DNA from: Guillardia theta CCMP2712
Lineage: Eukaryota > Protista > Cryptophyta
Length of the DNA stretch: 64,000 nucleotides
Assembly: GCF_000315625.1 (NCBI RefSeq)
Contig: NW_005434542.1
Coordinates: 1 to 64,000 of the forward strand
Direction: 5' to 3'
Position 1 is the first letter of the stretch. Each line of letters starts with the position of its first letter. Positions 25,701 to 37,595 of this stretch are shown here, piece by piece. Under the pieces are notes generated by a model. The model was not told the origin of the DNA. It saw nothing but the letters and a program-made list of their open reading frames with translations, and did no database searches. A program made the position numbers and the translations under genes.

Positions 25701-25960
25701 ACGACACTAGTACTGATCTCATCTCCTGCTCATTCCTATCATGTCATTTTACCAACCGAACATGCGTAGCTACTGCTACGATAAGTGAGTAACTTATCAC
25801 TCAACTACTTTCAACCAACTCGCCTCACCAGATGAACTAGAGAAATAAGGGGGCATCGATACTGACATTATTGGTGTATATCCTGAACAATTTCTCCTGT
25901 CCCACAGAGTGAGCTTCAGACGCATCAGGTCAGCGACCATGTTGGAAGGAGAGGAGTTGC

Positions 25961-26833
25961 TTGCAAGGACATGCAGACACAGTGAGAGCTGTCTCGTGGT
26001 CGGAGGACGGAAGCAAGATAGCCTCTGGCTCCGTTGACAACACTGTGAGAGTGTGGGAGGCAAGCAGTGGAAAGGAGATCGGCTGCTTCAAGGGGCATGC
26101 TGGAGACGTTTACAGCGTATGCTGGTCGAGAGATGGCAAGGGGATTGTCTCTGGATCTCTGGACAAATCTGCCAGAATATGGGAAACAAGCAGCGGGAAG
26201 GAGGTTGGTTGTTTCTCAGCTCACTCGTACCCAGTGTGGGGAGTCTCGTGGTCGGGAGATGGGAGGATGATCGCGACGGGGTCAGGGGACAACACTGTGA
26301 GGGTGTGGGAAGCAGACAGCAGGAGAGAGGTCGTGAGCTTAAAAGGACATTGTTGTAGTGTGAGAAGTGTTTCGTGGTCGAGAGATGGGAGGAGGATCGT
26401 CTCAGGATCATGGGACAACACTGTGAGGGTGTGGGACCCAACCAGCGGGAAAGAGGTGCATTGCCTCAAAGGGCATGCAGGAGATGTGTGGAGTGTCTCG
26501 TGGTCGGAGGACGGAAGCAAGATAGCCTCTGGCTCCGTTGACAACACTGTGAGAGTGTGGGAGGCAAGCAGTGGAAAGGAGATCGGCTGCTTCAAGGGGC
26601 ACACCAAAGGCGTTTACAGCGTATGCTGGTCGAGAGATGGCGGCCAAATCGTTTCAGGATCCGGCGATGGCTTTGTCAGGGTGTGGGAAGCAAGCAGCGG
26701 GAAGGAGATGGAATGCTTGACTGGACATACGAGAGGAGTGTGGGGGGTTTCGTGGTCGGGAGATGGGAGGATGATCGCGACGGGGTCAGGGGACAACACT
26801 GTGAGGGTGTGGGAAGCAGACAGTGCGTACTGA
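25961..26833 (+). CDS. Seven-bladed WD40 repeat protein with highly similar 42-aa repeats (5' end out of frame with nearest ATG; may continue 3' via an intron)
   Basis: GH..V..VSWS.DG..IASGS.D.TVRVW repeats at 126-bp period. Confidence 0.9.
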   Translation: MQGHADTVRAVSWSEDGSKIASGSVDNTVRVWEASSGKEIGCFKGHAGDVYSVCWSRDGKGIVSGSLDKSARIWETSSGKEVGCFSAHSYPVWGVSWSGDGRMIATGSGDNTVRVWEADSRREVVSLKGHCCSVRSVSWSRDGRRIVSGSWDNTVRVWDPTSGKEVHCLKGHAGDVWSVSWSEDGSKIASGSVDNTVRVWEASSGKEIGCFKGHTKGVYSVCWSRDGGQIVSGSGDGFVRVWEASSGKEMECLTGHTRGVWGVSWSGDGRMIATGSGDNTVRVWEADSAY

Positions 26834-29000
26834 TCGGATACAAGAGCTGACTCTCGGACGAAACCATCATGTTGTAGCAAGAGCGGGCGATAAAACGGTT
26901 AGCAAACGTTATTACATACTCACTGCCACGATCAAGGCAACTGAGCTGTCTGGAGTAATTGCTCAAAGACAGAAGGGGCAGAAGGCTTCAATGTCATACG
27001 TTTTGGAAGCAAATTGTTTTTCTTGGTGTGGACGTAGGTACTGTCGACATGAATGAAATGTTACGCAACGCAATGAAGAAAGATGTATGCGGTGTTTTCT
27101 CTTGTAAGAACCGAGCAAGCAATGTGAGAATCGAAATTCCCAGAAAGCTTCTGCATTTTCTCACGAGAGATCTGCTGAGTTTGCAAGTTATCCACCCACT
27201 GCTTGCATTGATGATGCATTGAAGAGAGTAAGCAGCAATAAGAAACAGCAAGCATCACTGTATGCAGCTGCAGAGATCATTTTCTGTGCTAAGAAGGGGA
27301 AGGACGCCTTCGATATTGACCTCCCATGATCGGCAATCTCTACATTTCTGTTATTACGACTGTTCCTGCAGTTTCTTCACACGATATTCAAACCTGCAAC
27401 CTCGATCAATACAAACGCAATCAACTTCGTGAAACTTACTCCTGAAATTGACACTTCTCGTAAGCATGCCTCTCTGTTTCGATGGAGAACATCCGTCATT
27501 ATCCCAATCTGCAGCCTCAAACCGCATTTTGTATACCTTCTGTGCATTTCCATGGCAGGAAGTAGTTGGCGTATCTACATTTTGGCAAAAACATCAGCGA
27601 GTATCATTGCAAGATCGCATTTTACCTGCACTTGTTCAAGGGGATGAGCAAGTGCGAGCAATAGTCGCGATACCTGTTCAAGTTTTAGCAAGATCAGGGG
27701 TAAGATGATACGGTAGCTGCATACGCAGGATCAATCTTATTCTTCGCGCACTCTCCTTTGTTGGGTGGTACTGTATTCAAACAAGTCATTGAAGCAAACA
27801 GTATCAGCGAACACAACATGGCTACGCCCAGTGGACACTACATGTTGCATAACTTCCAGCAGTCAAGAGGAATCGAGTATCAAGAATTACATGAGACAGA
27901 TCGCATGCGAGCTTCAAGGATTTCTTGTGATGATGCATAACTACAGTCTCCCTGCCATCACCATACGACCCCGTCCAGTCCCTCACCTCTAACGTATTCG
28001 CCGCCGCCACCCATCTTCGATGTCGCCGCTGCTGTCTAAAATGGTTTTAGATTTACAACCAATTCACGTAGGAATCGTATCAATGTATTACCCGATCGTA
28101 TGGAAAAATAAACAATGTTTTATTAATTATCAAAGAATTATCAGTTAGCTCAAGACATTGTACCATTAAATTCTATTACTATAATATGGATAAAAATATT
28201 TTTAGAAGTTCAGACGCTAGCTATGTTGCCTGGTGCTGCTTGGCTAAACGTTCGTCACAATCCACCCTACCCTTGTTCGTGCAAGCTCTGAATATATCCA
28301 CCCCTACTATCATGTGCTTTCACCCACCCCTTTCTATAGGTCCGATTTCTAGCAAGGAAACCGGACCCCCTGCCCTACATTCAAAGTGGAGAGTTCTAGA
28401 GCGACAGGACCCCACCCCTCCGTCTGATAATGATACCCCCACCCCAGATTTTGAAGTCAAGTTGGTATTAGAGACAATACCATGACCCCTCCCTGGCTGG
28501 ATCTGATTGAGCGGTACCCCCACCCCCATGTTATCAGTCCCCCCAGGCGGCCGGCATGCTTCGAGGAGGGAGGGAGGGGAAGGAGGAGGAGAAGAAGAAG
28601 GTGCCATGACAAGAACAACAAACAGAGCAACGCTGCATGCTGGTATCGTGCAGGACCAGTCGAGCCATGCATGAATCTCTCCGATCATCCTGACTGAACG
28701 CTTAGGCGAGGATGGAGAGATCTGTAAAGAGAGATCAAGCAGTGAGATGTATCGTAGCCAGCAAGATCAAGCAAGCAGACGATCCTGTAACAGTTCGATA
28801 GTACTAACTTGATTGTGATGACTTTGATGGGAGTGATTACGGATCTGACTTCTGACTCCCCGACGACACGTGTTCTGCTGGAAATTTTGAGGAAATTCTA
28901 TGCCCTCATTGCATGTCGATCTCACAACATCACAGCTCATTTCCCTTGACTGGTTTTCGTTGCTTGACATTTGATTCAGGTGTCGTTGTTCGCTGCAAAC

Positions 29001-32000
29001 ATGAAATCTCTGCATTTATCTGGAAAACTCGCCTTCCTTACCACTTTCGTTCTCCTTTCCCCAACTGGCGCGCTCAGAGTTCAATCCAACCTCGCATTTT
29101 CTCCGTCGCTTCTCATCTCGAAGAACTCCCATGCGCTTGCCCTGTCTTCCGTCCAAGGACGAAGGGTTGTCACGCTCCTACGAGATTCGAAGGATGGAAG
29201 AAAATTTGACAACCTCAACGATCGAGCCAACAAGCTGTCGGAGGAGGCGAAGAAGGTCAGTGATTGAACCAGTTCCTTGCTACGTCCTCACGACTGCTGG
29301 CAGTACGAGAACTCAGACGTCTCCGACCTGGCTGAGGTAAGAGCAGCACCGGGAGATTCGTATGAACAAGGATTTCTTGTCGGAGGCTGGGACGGGAGGG
29401 GGCGGATGGATGGGATGGAATGAGATAGCGAATGGTGATGAGAGGGAGGGAGAAATCTCACAGGGAGCTCGTCAGGGTCTGCAAGACGACGTGACAGCAT
29501 TCAAGTCGAAGCTGCAGGAGGCGCAGAAGAAGGCAGGGGATCGAAAGAGCAAGGCGAGCTAGGAGGTTGTGTTTGCTTCAGCTGACTGGCTGGCAGGGCT
29601 TCCTTACAGCGGGAGCGGCTGCTCTCTTGGTGGGACTTGCAGCCTGGGCCTTTGGGCCGAGAAGGTGAAGGCAGAAGAGAAGTGGAGGAGAAGGACGATC
29701 TTGAGGGAAGCGATCGAGAGCGTGTCGGGCTGTGAGGGAGGAAGGAGGGAGGAAGGAGGGAGGAACACAGGGAGGAACGGAGGGAGGAAGGAGGAGGCAC
29801 AAAGAAAAATAGAGGTGAAGGAGATGGGCAGGGCTGGAGCTGAGATGAAGACGTTTGCGTTCAACAACGCGCCTCAGGTGATCTGCCTTGAAGGTTTCGA
29901 CGCCCTCACATGCTGCGCTTCAGCAGGAGACTCTTGTTGGGCCAACCCTCCCTGATGACACGTTCATCTCTGCTTCCAGTACGACCCCTCCTCTGTCATA
30001 CCTGTCCACTCCTCTCTCCCTCACTCCCTGCTAGCTTGGCGAACGATGTTGGACCCTGTTAAATCTGTCCGTGCAGGAGGGTCACGGGAAGTGATAAAAC
30101 AAGGCTGCGTACGGGGGGAAGTCGGATGTTTGGTCCCGGGGCATGACTTGNNNNNNNNNNNNNNNNNNNNNNNNNNNNNNNNNNNNNNNNNNNNNNNNNN
30201 NNNNNNNNNNNNNNNNNNNNNNNNNNNNNNNNNNNNNNNNNNNNNNNNNNTACTACCCTCCGTCCCTACCTCCCTCCTCCTCCCTCCCCTCCCCTCCCCT
30301 CCCTCCCTCCCTACCCTCCCTCCCTCCCTCCCTCCCTCCCTCCCCTCCCCTCCCCTCCCCTCCCTCCCTCCCTCCCTCCCCCAACAGCGTCCCTGCTCTT
30401 GTCTGATGAAGTTATCAGAGTGGGAAGGCGCCAAGAAAGGTTTCGTCTTCAAGACTGGCCCCAAGGTGACCGTGAGGTCTGGCGGCAAGCACGAGACGTG
30501 ACAGCTGGGCAGGGGCTGGGCTACTACCTGGACACGGGGTTGTCGCTTGAGGAGCTGGGAGGAAAGAGCGGCGGATTTCACATCCCAACTCCAGTCACTG
30601 TAATATTGTCTCCTGCTCCTCCTCCTGCTCCTCCTCCTCCCCATCCTCCTCCTGACAGTCTATCTAGTCACTCACTGCTCCTCTTCTTATTCTCGTCAGG
30701 TTGCTGTTGGAGTTGTCGGTCTCGGTGTGACAGGGAAGTTTCTCCTCAAGAACCGCGGCACTCGTAAGCCGAACTTCTGCTCCTCCTTTCCTTGTTCAAC
30801 TCATGCACTTCCTATTTCTCTTCTGCCTTGTTCCTCCTTCCCTGCTCCCTCGCCCTCTTTTTGATTCTTCTCCTTCCCTTCTTTGACATCGCTCCGTTAC
30901 CGCTTCTTTTCCTCCTCTTCCTCTCCTGCCCCCCCTCCTCCTCCTTTCTTTCTCCCCTTGCCCATCCCCTCCCACTCACCTTCCTCCACTCACGTTCTCA
31001 TAGTCACGCTCGCTGCCATGGCGGCAAAAGCGGCCATGAAGGCTCGAAGCGCCTCGTCCCCCATGAACGTGGGAGGAACTGCAGGGGGGGCAGCATCAGC
31101 TGCGGCAGCTGGAGCTTCAGCTGGAGCTAAGGCAGCAGAAGCGTATCAGACCGCAGCAGCGAGTGCAGAGACGTTCGCAGGTTCAGCCCTCCTCCCTCCT
31201 CCCTCCTCCCTCCTCCCTCCTCCCTCCTCCCTCCTCCCTCATCTTCTCCCTCTCTCGCTTCTTCGCCTCCATCGCTCTTGTTGCACCTTTCTCACCCACA
31301 GTTCCCAGGAAAGGATCCTGCGACCATGAAAGCAGCTGAGCTCAAGAAGGCGATTCAGGAGCTTGGAGGCAACCCGTCAGGTTTCTTCTTCGTCTCCTCC
31401 TCCTCTTGTTCCTCCTCATCCTCCTCTTCCTCCTGCTCCTGCTCATCCCCCTGCTCCCCCTGCCCCTCTTCTTGCTTCTCCTCCTTCTTGTGTCGTTAAA
31501 TCACCCCCTCGTTCATGATCGTCTCTTGCTGACGCTCTTCGTGCAGGTCTGGTGGAGAAATCAGAGCTCGTCGCTCTTTTCCGCGAGCTTCAGTCGTCTC
31601 CGAGGACAGTGACGACAAGGTTGGAGAAAATCCTCCCGCTCCTCCCTCCTCACTTTTCTTCTCCTTCCCTCCTTCCCTCCCTGTCTCCCTACTTTCTCAT
31701 TGCCCCTTCCCGTTCTCTCCTCGCCTTTCCTGCTCACCCCCACACTCCCGTCTTCGTCTTTCGTGTCCCCTGCTGTGCTGTCCTCTGTCCCCCCTCTCCT
31801 TATCATTCCTCCCTCTCTTCTTCTCTCCTTCTCGTCCTTGCTCCTCCTGGCGATCTTCCAGTTCTTGGTCGTTCCTTGTTCTCTTACCATGTTCGATTGC
31901 AGGAAGTACAACCCTGCTGAGGAGGACATGTCCTCTGCTGCTGCTGCTGCCGATTTCGATCCTACCAAGGTTCTCCCTCATATCCCTTCCTTCTCCACCT

Positions 32001-32938
32001 ACCTTCTCCTCCTCTATCTTCTCTTCCCTCCTCCACCTTCGCCTCTTCCTTTCCTCTTCTGCTCCCCTCTTCTTCCTTTCTCTACTTCTCTACTTCAACG
32101 TGGTGTCATCGCCCCTGCGCCTTCCTAACGCCTCTGGTTGACAAGGTGGACCAATCGGCTCTCAACGACATGATGGGCAATCCGATGATTCAGGTGGGGA
32201 GAAGAAGAGAAGGCGAGGCAGGGATGAAAGAGTTGGCGAGGAAACAGGGATCAGAGAGTAGGATAGCGAAGGCTTAGGGGCAGAAGGGGGGAGGAGGAGG
32301 AGAGGAGAGCAGAGGAGGCTGAAGTAAGAGGAGGGGAGAGACAAGGAGGAGCGACGAGAAATGACGTGAAGCTGCAGGCCCTGTCGAAGCAAATGATGAA
32401 CGATCCAGAGACGATGAGAGAGTTCCAAGAGGTGAGGAGAGGAGAAGAGATCAGGAGGGGAGGGAGAGAGAAGGGGAGAGGACAGGAGGGGAGAGGACAG
32501 GAGGGGGAGACAGGAGGGTTGACGACGGGGACATGACGGCAAGAGCGCAGGCGATGTCGAGCGGAAAGGGTATGAACGAGCTTATGAGCAGCCCGAAGTT
32601 CCAGAAGATGACGGAGAACCTTATGTCGAATCCTGAGGTGAGGGAGGAGGAGAAGGAAAGGGATAAGGGGAGAGGATGGGGGATGGAGGAGGGCGAAGAG
32701 GAAGGGAAGGGAAGGGAAGGGAAGGGAAGGGAGGAGAGAGGGGAAGGAGGAGGGAGTAGGGGAAGGGAAGGGAAGGGAAGGGAGGAGAGAGGGGAAGGAG
32801 GAGGGAGTAGGGGAAGGGAAGGGTGAACAATGTCTCATGTACCCTCAGGTGATGCGCATGATGCAAGATCCATCGGAGATCAACAAGATGATGGACCAGA
32901 TGAAGAAGATGGGGGTGAACCCTCCTCGCGGCTTCTAA
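29001..32938 (+). CDS. Plastid-targeted membrane protein with GLGYY motif, SAP/LEM-like helix pair and C-terminal STI1/DP-like Met-rich domain
   Basis: Signal peptide + NLAF + Ser/Arg transit peptide; TM GFLTAGAAALLVGLAAWAFG; FISASKWEGAKKGFVFKTGPKGLGYYLD joined across the gap intron; MKAAELKKAIQELGGNPSGLVEKSELV; MMGNP/MMNDP/LMSNP/MMQDP motifs. Confidence 0.7.
30151..30250. other. Assembly gap (100 N), apparently inside an intron
   Basis: Run of N; flanking exons join in frame. Confidence 0.98.
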
Positions 32939-32964
32939 TAGACTCCTTGCTTCCTCGTTTCACC

Positions 32965-33040
32965 GAGGAGGAGGAGGAGGAGGAGGAGGAGGAGGAGGAG
33001 GAGGAGGAGGAGGAGGAGGAGGAGGAGGAGGAGGAGGAGG
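32965..33040. repeat. (GAG)n microsatellite between convergent gene ends
   Basis: ~25 GAG units. Confidence 0.95.
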
Positions 33041-33080
33041 ATAAGGGGAGCAGCATAATGTATGTACACTCGAAGGAGGA

Positions 33081-36000
33081 TCAGACTGCACACGCGTAGA
33101 CGGCGAGAGTGTCCGGGTTGAAGTAAGCGTGACATTCTTCTCCCTGCTCGCTAGTCAGCCAGCCACTCGAAAACATGACGAAGAGGAAGAGACGGAAAGA
33201 TGAGAAGCAGAGGCGAGGAGGCGAGGAGGGGGACGGGGATGAGGAGAGAGGAGAGGGCGGGAGGAGTGAGAGCAGCAGAAAGAAGGGGGAGGAGGACGAG
33301 AGGGTGAGAGACAAGAGAAATGAGTGATTGAGGGAGGAAGGGAACCGGAGCAGACGGTGTGAAGCTGAAGGTTCTCTTGTTGATCCACGTGCGGGTCTGG
33401 AGTGAAGGTCAGCTCCGCTGCCGGCGACACATCAGCCTTTTTACCTCCTCCTCCCCTTGTGTGAAGCTCATGGTAGCCAGGAAGTTGGAACACCTGAGGT
33501 CTCAGTCATGGGCCCACAATCAGAGGGACGAGTTGCTGGTGATGAAATCATCATGGATGCGGTAATATGCGTCATGATGGTGGTAACTGATGATCATGAT
33601 TGTGATGATGATATGATGATGGAGATCATGGTGATAACGGAGACAACGATAATAGAAGCGCTCGAGCATGACACTCTACCTTCCGCCATCGACGCTGTTT
33701 CTGTTGATGCGGCTGGTTGTTTCCTGCTCGACGATGAGAAGAGCAAGGAGTCGAGGAGAAGAGAGAGGGGAGAGTGTGTGAGCAAGGGAAAAGGAAGATC
33801 ATAACGACCCCAACACGAAAAGGGAAGTAAAGAGGAGAGAGGAGAGAGGAGAGAGGAGAGAGGAGAGAGGAGAGAGGAGAAAGGAGGGAGAAAGGGCAGT
33901 GTCACCTTGCGCATGAAGAGTTTTACCAGGTTCCACCAGTCTCCCTCGTTCCAAACGTTCTTAGGTACCCAGACCCTTCAACGTGTCAGTGGCAGCTGAG
34001 GGGTTTTCTCCTCCCGCTTACTTGCAGTCCTCGGGCTCTTTGTCCTTGTTCTTCTCCAGGATCACTGACTTGAAGCAGATCCCCTTCAAACCCAGTCAGA
34101 CGGACCCCTCTTGCTTCCCCCACCTTCCTCCTCTCCCATGGTTCCTCCTGTCCAGCCCTTCCTCCACCCCCCTCAAACCTTCTCCCACATCTCCTCCCTT
34201 CCTACCTTGTAAGCTTGTCCTCCTATCCTTGAGCACCTCAGCTCCACTGACGATGGCCCTTGATCCCCACTCTCTCCCCTGCTCTTGCACGTGAGAAGGA
34301 GGAAGAGGATCGCAAGGCTTGCTGTACCGTGCTCCTACCAAGCCAACCGGACCTTCCGGCCCCTCCCTGCCTTGTGGTCCCGGTGGACCCCTGCAGCCAC
34401 AACGAGGTCAGGACTGAGAGGAGGAGAAGGAGGATCAGAAGGTGGCGGTAGTAGTGAAGGAGGAGTAGGAGGAGTAGGAGCAGGAGGAAGACGGGCTGAA
34501 GGAGGAGCAGGAGGGGTAGCGGGTAGACGGGGAGGAAGAGGAGTAGCGGATAGCGGGGGAGTAGGAGAAGTGCTTACTGTGGTCCCTGAAGTCCTTGCAA
34601 ACCTTGTTTCCCAGCAGCTCCTGGGGGCCCCGGAGGCCCTTCGGCTCCCGGCAGCCCGGGCTCTCCTGGCTCTCCGTCCACTCCATCCTCTCCCGGGTAC
34701 CCTGGAGGGCCTGAGGTTGCGTCAGCCCTCCAGCATTGGGGGGAAGGAAAAGAAGGGAAGGAAAGGAAAAGAGGAAGAACAACTGATGGAGGGAGCAGGA
34801 GAGGAGAGGAGAGGAGAGGAGAGGAGAGGAGAGGGAGAGGAGAGGAGAGGAGAGGGGGAGGAGGGAGACGAGAGGAGAGGAGAGGAAAGGGGGAGGAGGG
34901 AGAGGAGAGGAGGAGCGGGTGCAAGGGAAAGAGAGAGGAGAGGAGTAGCTAAAAGTAGAGCGAGAAGAAGCACAGCAAGCAGAGGTAGACGAGAAGCTGA
35001 AAGGGATCAATGACCTTGATCTCCCTCTGGACCTGTAGAGTTCTCTTGCGCTACCATCTTGCTCTGAGGTAAGACAAGGTGAGCTGAGTGAAGCAAGAAG
35101 GAAGGAGATAGAGAGGGAAGGGGGTGGGAAGAGAGGGAGAGGAAGGGAAGGAGAGAGAGAGAGAGAGAGTGAGTGAGTGAGAGGGAGAGAGAGGGAGAGG
35201 GAGAGGGAGAAAGTGAGGGAGTGAGGGAGAATGGGAGGGAAGGAGCAAGAGAGAGTGAGTGAGTGGAAGGGAGAGAGAGAAAGAGCGGAAGAGGGAGGGA
35301 GGGAGGGAGGGAGGGACAGGAGAGCAGGAGCGAAGCAGCGAGCAAGCACAACAGAGAAATGAGGGCAGAAAAGGATGGAAAGAGGGGAAAGGGGGAAAGG
35401 GAGAGGCACCTCTATATCAAGATCAAGTCTCCTGACCGCTTCTTTCATGTCAAAGACAGCAGAATGCATCACAGTCTGCGAGCAAGAGCGTCAGCCTCGC
35501 ATGGACATCGGACTGAGGGAGCGGGAGGAACCTTGAGGATCTTCATGTCATCGATCATCTTGATGAGCTTCTGCTTGTTCTGCTCGTACTCCAACTCCAA
35601 GTCGTCGAGGCGTTTCTGGAACGACAAGTCAGAAGATCGCAGCCCCATCCTCCCTTGACTCACCTGATTCTCCTCTATCTTCTCCTTTTGCAGACCAACA
35701 GCCTTGATCGCAGTCAGAGACACCAAGACAACCATCCTGCCTCTCCTCCTCACCTCAGTGTCCAGCACAGGACAGTTCGGGCAGCCGGCAGGTTGGACTT
35801 GCACGTCCCCGTACCGAATGACTGATACCACCGTGATTATCAGCAGCACAAACTTGTAACTTCACCTTTCGGTGCTACTGTTGGGGCAGCTGGAACCGTT
35901 CGAACCTCGACACGCCCGATAGAGAGGGGGCTCGTGTCATCGTCGACCACCTTGAGAGGGCAGGGGTCAAGGGTAGGCGGCCAGGCATTGAGGTAGGACT

Positions 36001-36405
36001 GACATTCATCGAACCCTGACCGATGGAGTTTCCAAGGCCGTCGGGGATCTGAATGTCACCCTGCACCTGTTGCTGCATGTCACTTGCTACATCCCGACCC
36101 GATCGCGTGACCTTGTAGTTGGGCAACGTCTGGAGCAAACAACAACCATCAGCCCAGCCAAGTCAGCTCGCACCCGCCCGTACCTGAGTGCGTCTGGACT
36201 TGCTTGCAGCGAGACTCTGACCATCTGTCGTTGAGACTTGAAGTTGCGGTAGAGATGAAAGCTCGGCAAGAGAAATCGCTTTCTGCGGGACAACAGTCAA
36301 GGTCAAGACAATGTCTTCGATGCAACTGACATCAATGGACAATCCTGCCAGCCCGACGACCAGCACCAGCACAGCCGAAGCAACTGTGCGACCAATCACT
36401 CTCAT
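33081..36405 (-). CDS. Secreted or anchored collagen-like protein (coiled coil, ~26 Gly-X-Y triplets, Cys/Trp C-terminal domain)
   Basis: Hydrophobic N-terminus MRVIGRTVASAVLVLVVGLAGLS; GPPGYPGEDGVDGEPGEPGLPGAEGPPGPPGAAGKQGLQGLQGPQ and adjacent G-X-Y exons. Confidence 0.8.
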
Positions 36406-37595
36406 GCAGACTCCTCGGTCATCACAGCATGAAGATAAATACTTGCTGCCGCTGTCACCCGACGACGTCGCAGCGCCTCCTCCATTGCTTCGAGGACAGA
36501 GAACCTGTCGGCTACATGTCAAACACAAGAGCTCGTTATCCATAAAATGCTACAAGGGCCTCAAAACAAACCAGTCGACTTAATGAACTCAGGCTGATCC
36601 CTGCAATGGATGTATTCTATCTCATGGCCGACGGATGAAAAGAACAACTTCTACATCTAAGGAACCTTTGATTGCAAAAAACACACCGGTATCTTTCCCC
36701 GCCATGAAGGATGTACAAAGCTGCAATCAACTACTGTCTACATCTCTGTCTCTCATGTTTGCTCCTGTATATTTCACGAACAACATCTTGTTCTACACTG
36801 AAAGCAAGCTCTGTAATTGTACTTCTCATTCTTGCTTCCCTTTTCATTTCCTTCATGGTATCGTCCCACATCCCCATGATTGTCGTCGTCGTCGTCATCA
36901 TCATCGTTGCAATGACAATCTCTATTGTTCTCCTGTTCCTCCTTCCCCTGCTCCTCCTCCTCCTCCTCCTCCAATGCCTCGAGTTCATATGCCATGAAAT
37001 CATAGCCGCGCGACACTTCGTTTCGGCTCCTGTACCCCACCCAGGTCTCATACTACCCACCTATGAACGTCATTATTGGGACCATGAAACAAATACCCCT
37101 CCCTTGAACTATTTTTGTCAGTTATTAGCGACCAAGGTACAGTACCCCACCTATAAAATAAATCACCCACCCTACTAGCCCAACACAGGGATGGTAGACC
37201 TCTTTCCCACACTGACCATGAGGGTTGGCCCGTTGTCAGCTACGTTGGGTCCCATGGCAGTACGGACCAGGAGAAAGAGCAGGGCAGAGTATGGCAGGGC
37301 AGAGCATGGCAGGGCAGAGCATGGCAGGGCAGGGCAGAGAAAAGCACACTTGTTCAAGAGAACACACGCGTGAGAATGAAAGAAGATGTAAGAATGATGA
37401 AAGCGACACAAAGTAAGACTGGTACAACAAAATCGTAAGATGATCGCAGGTCAGAATCTTCAGTGTGAGTTATCTTAGGAGGAGGAGGAGGGAAGGTCCT
37501 GTGTCGTTGATGAATCTTGGTTGCAGCAATGCTTCATGATACAACAGACAAGCACGCACGATAGGACACTCAGGATGAAAGGCTCGCGATGATCG

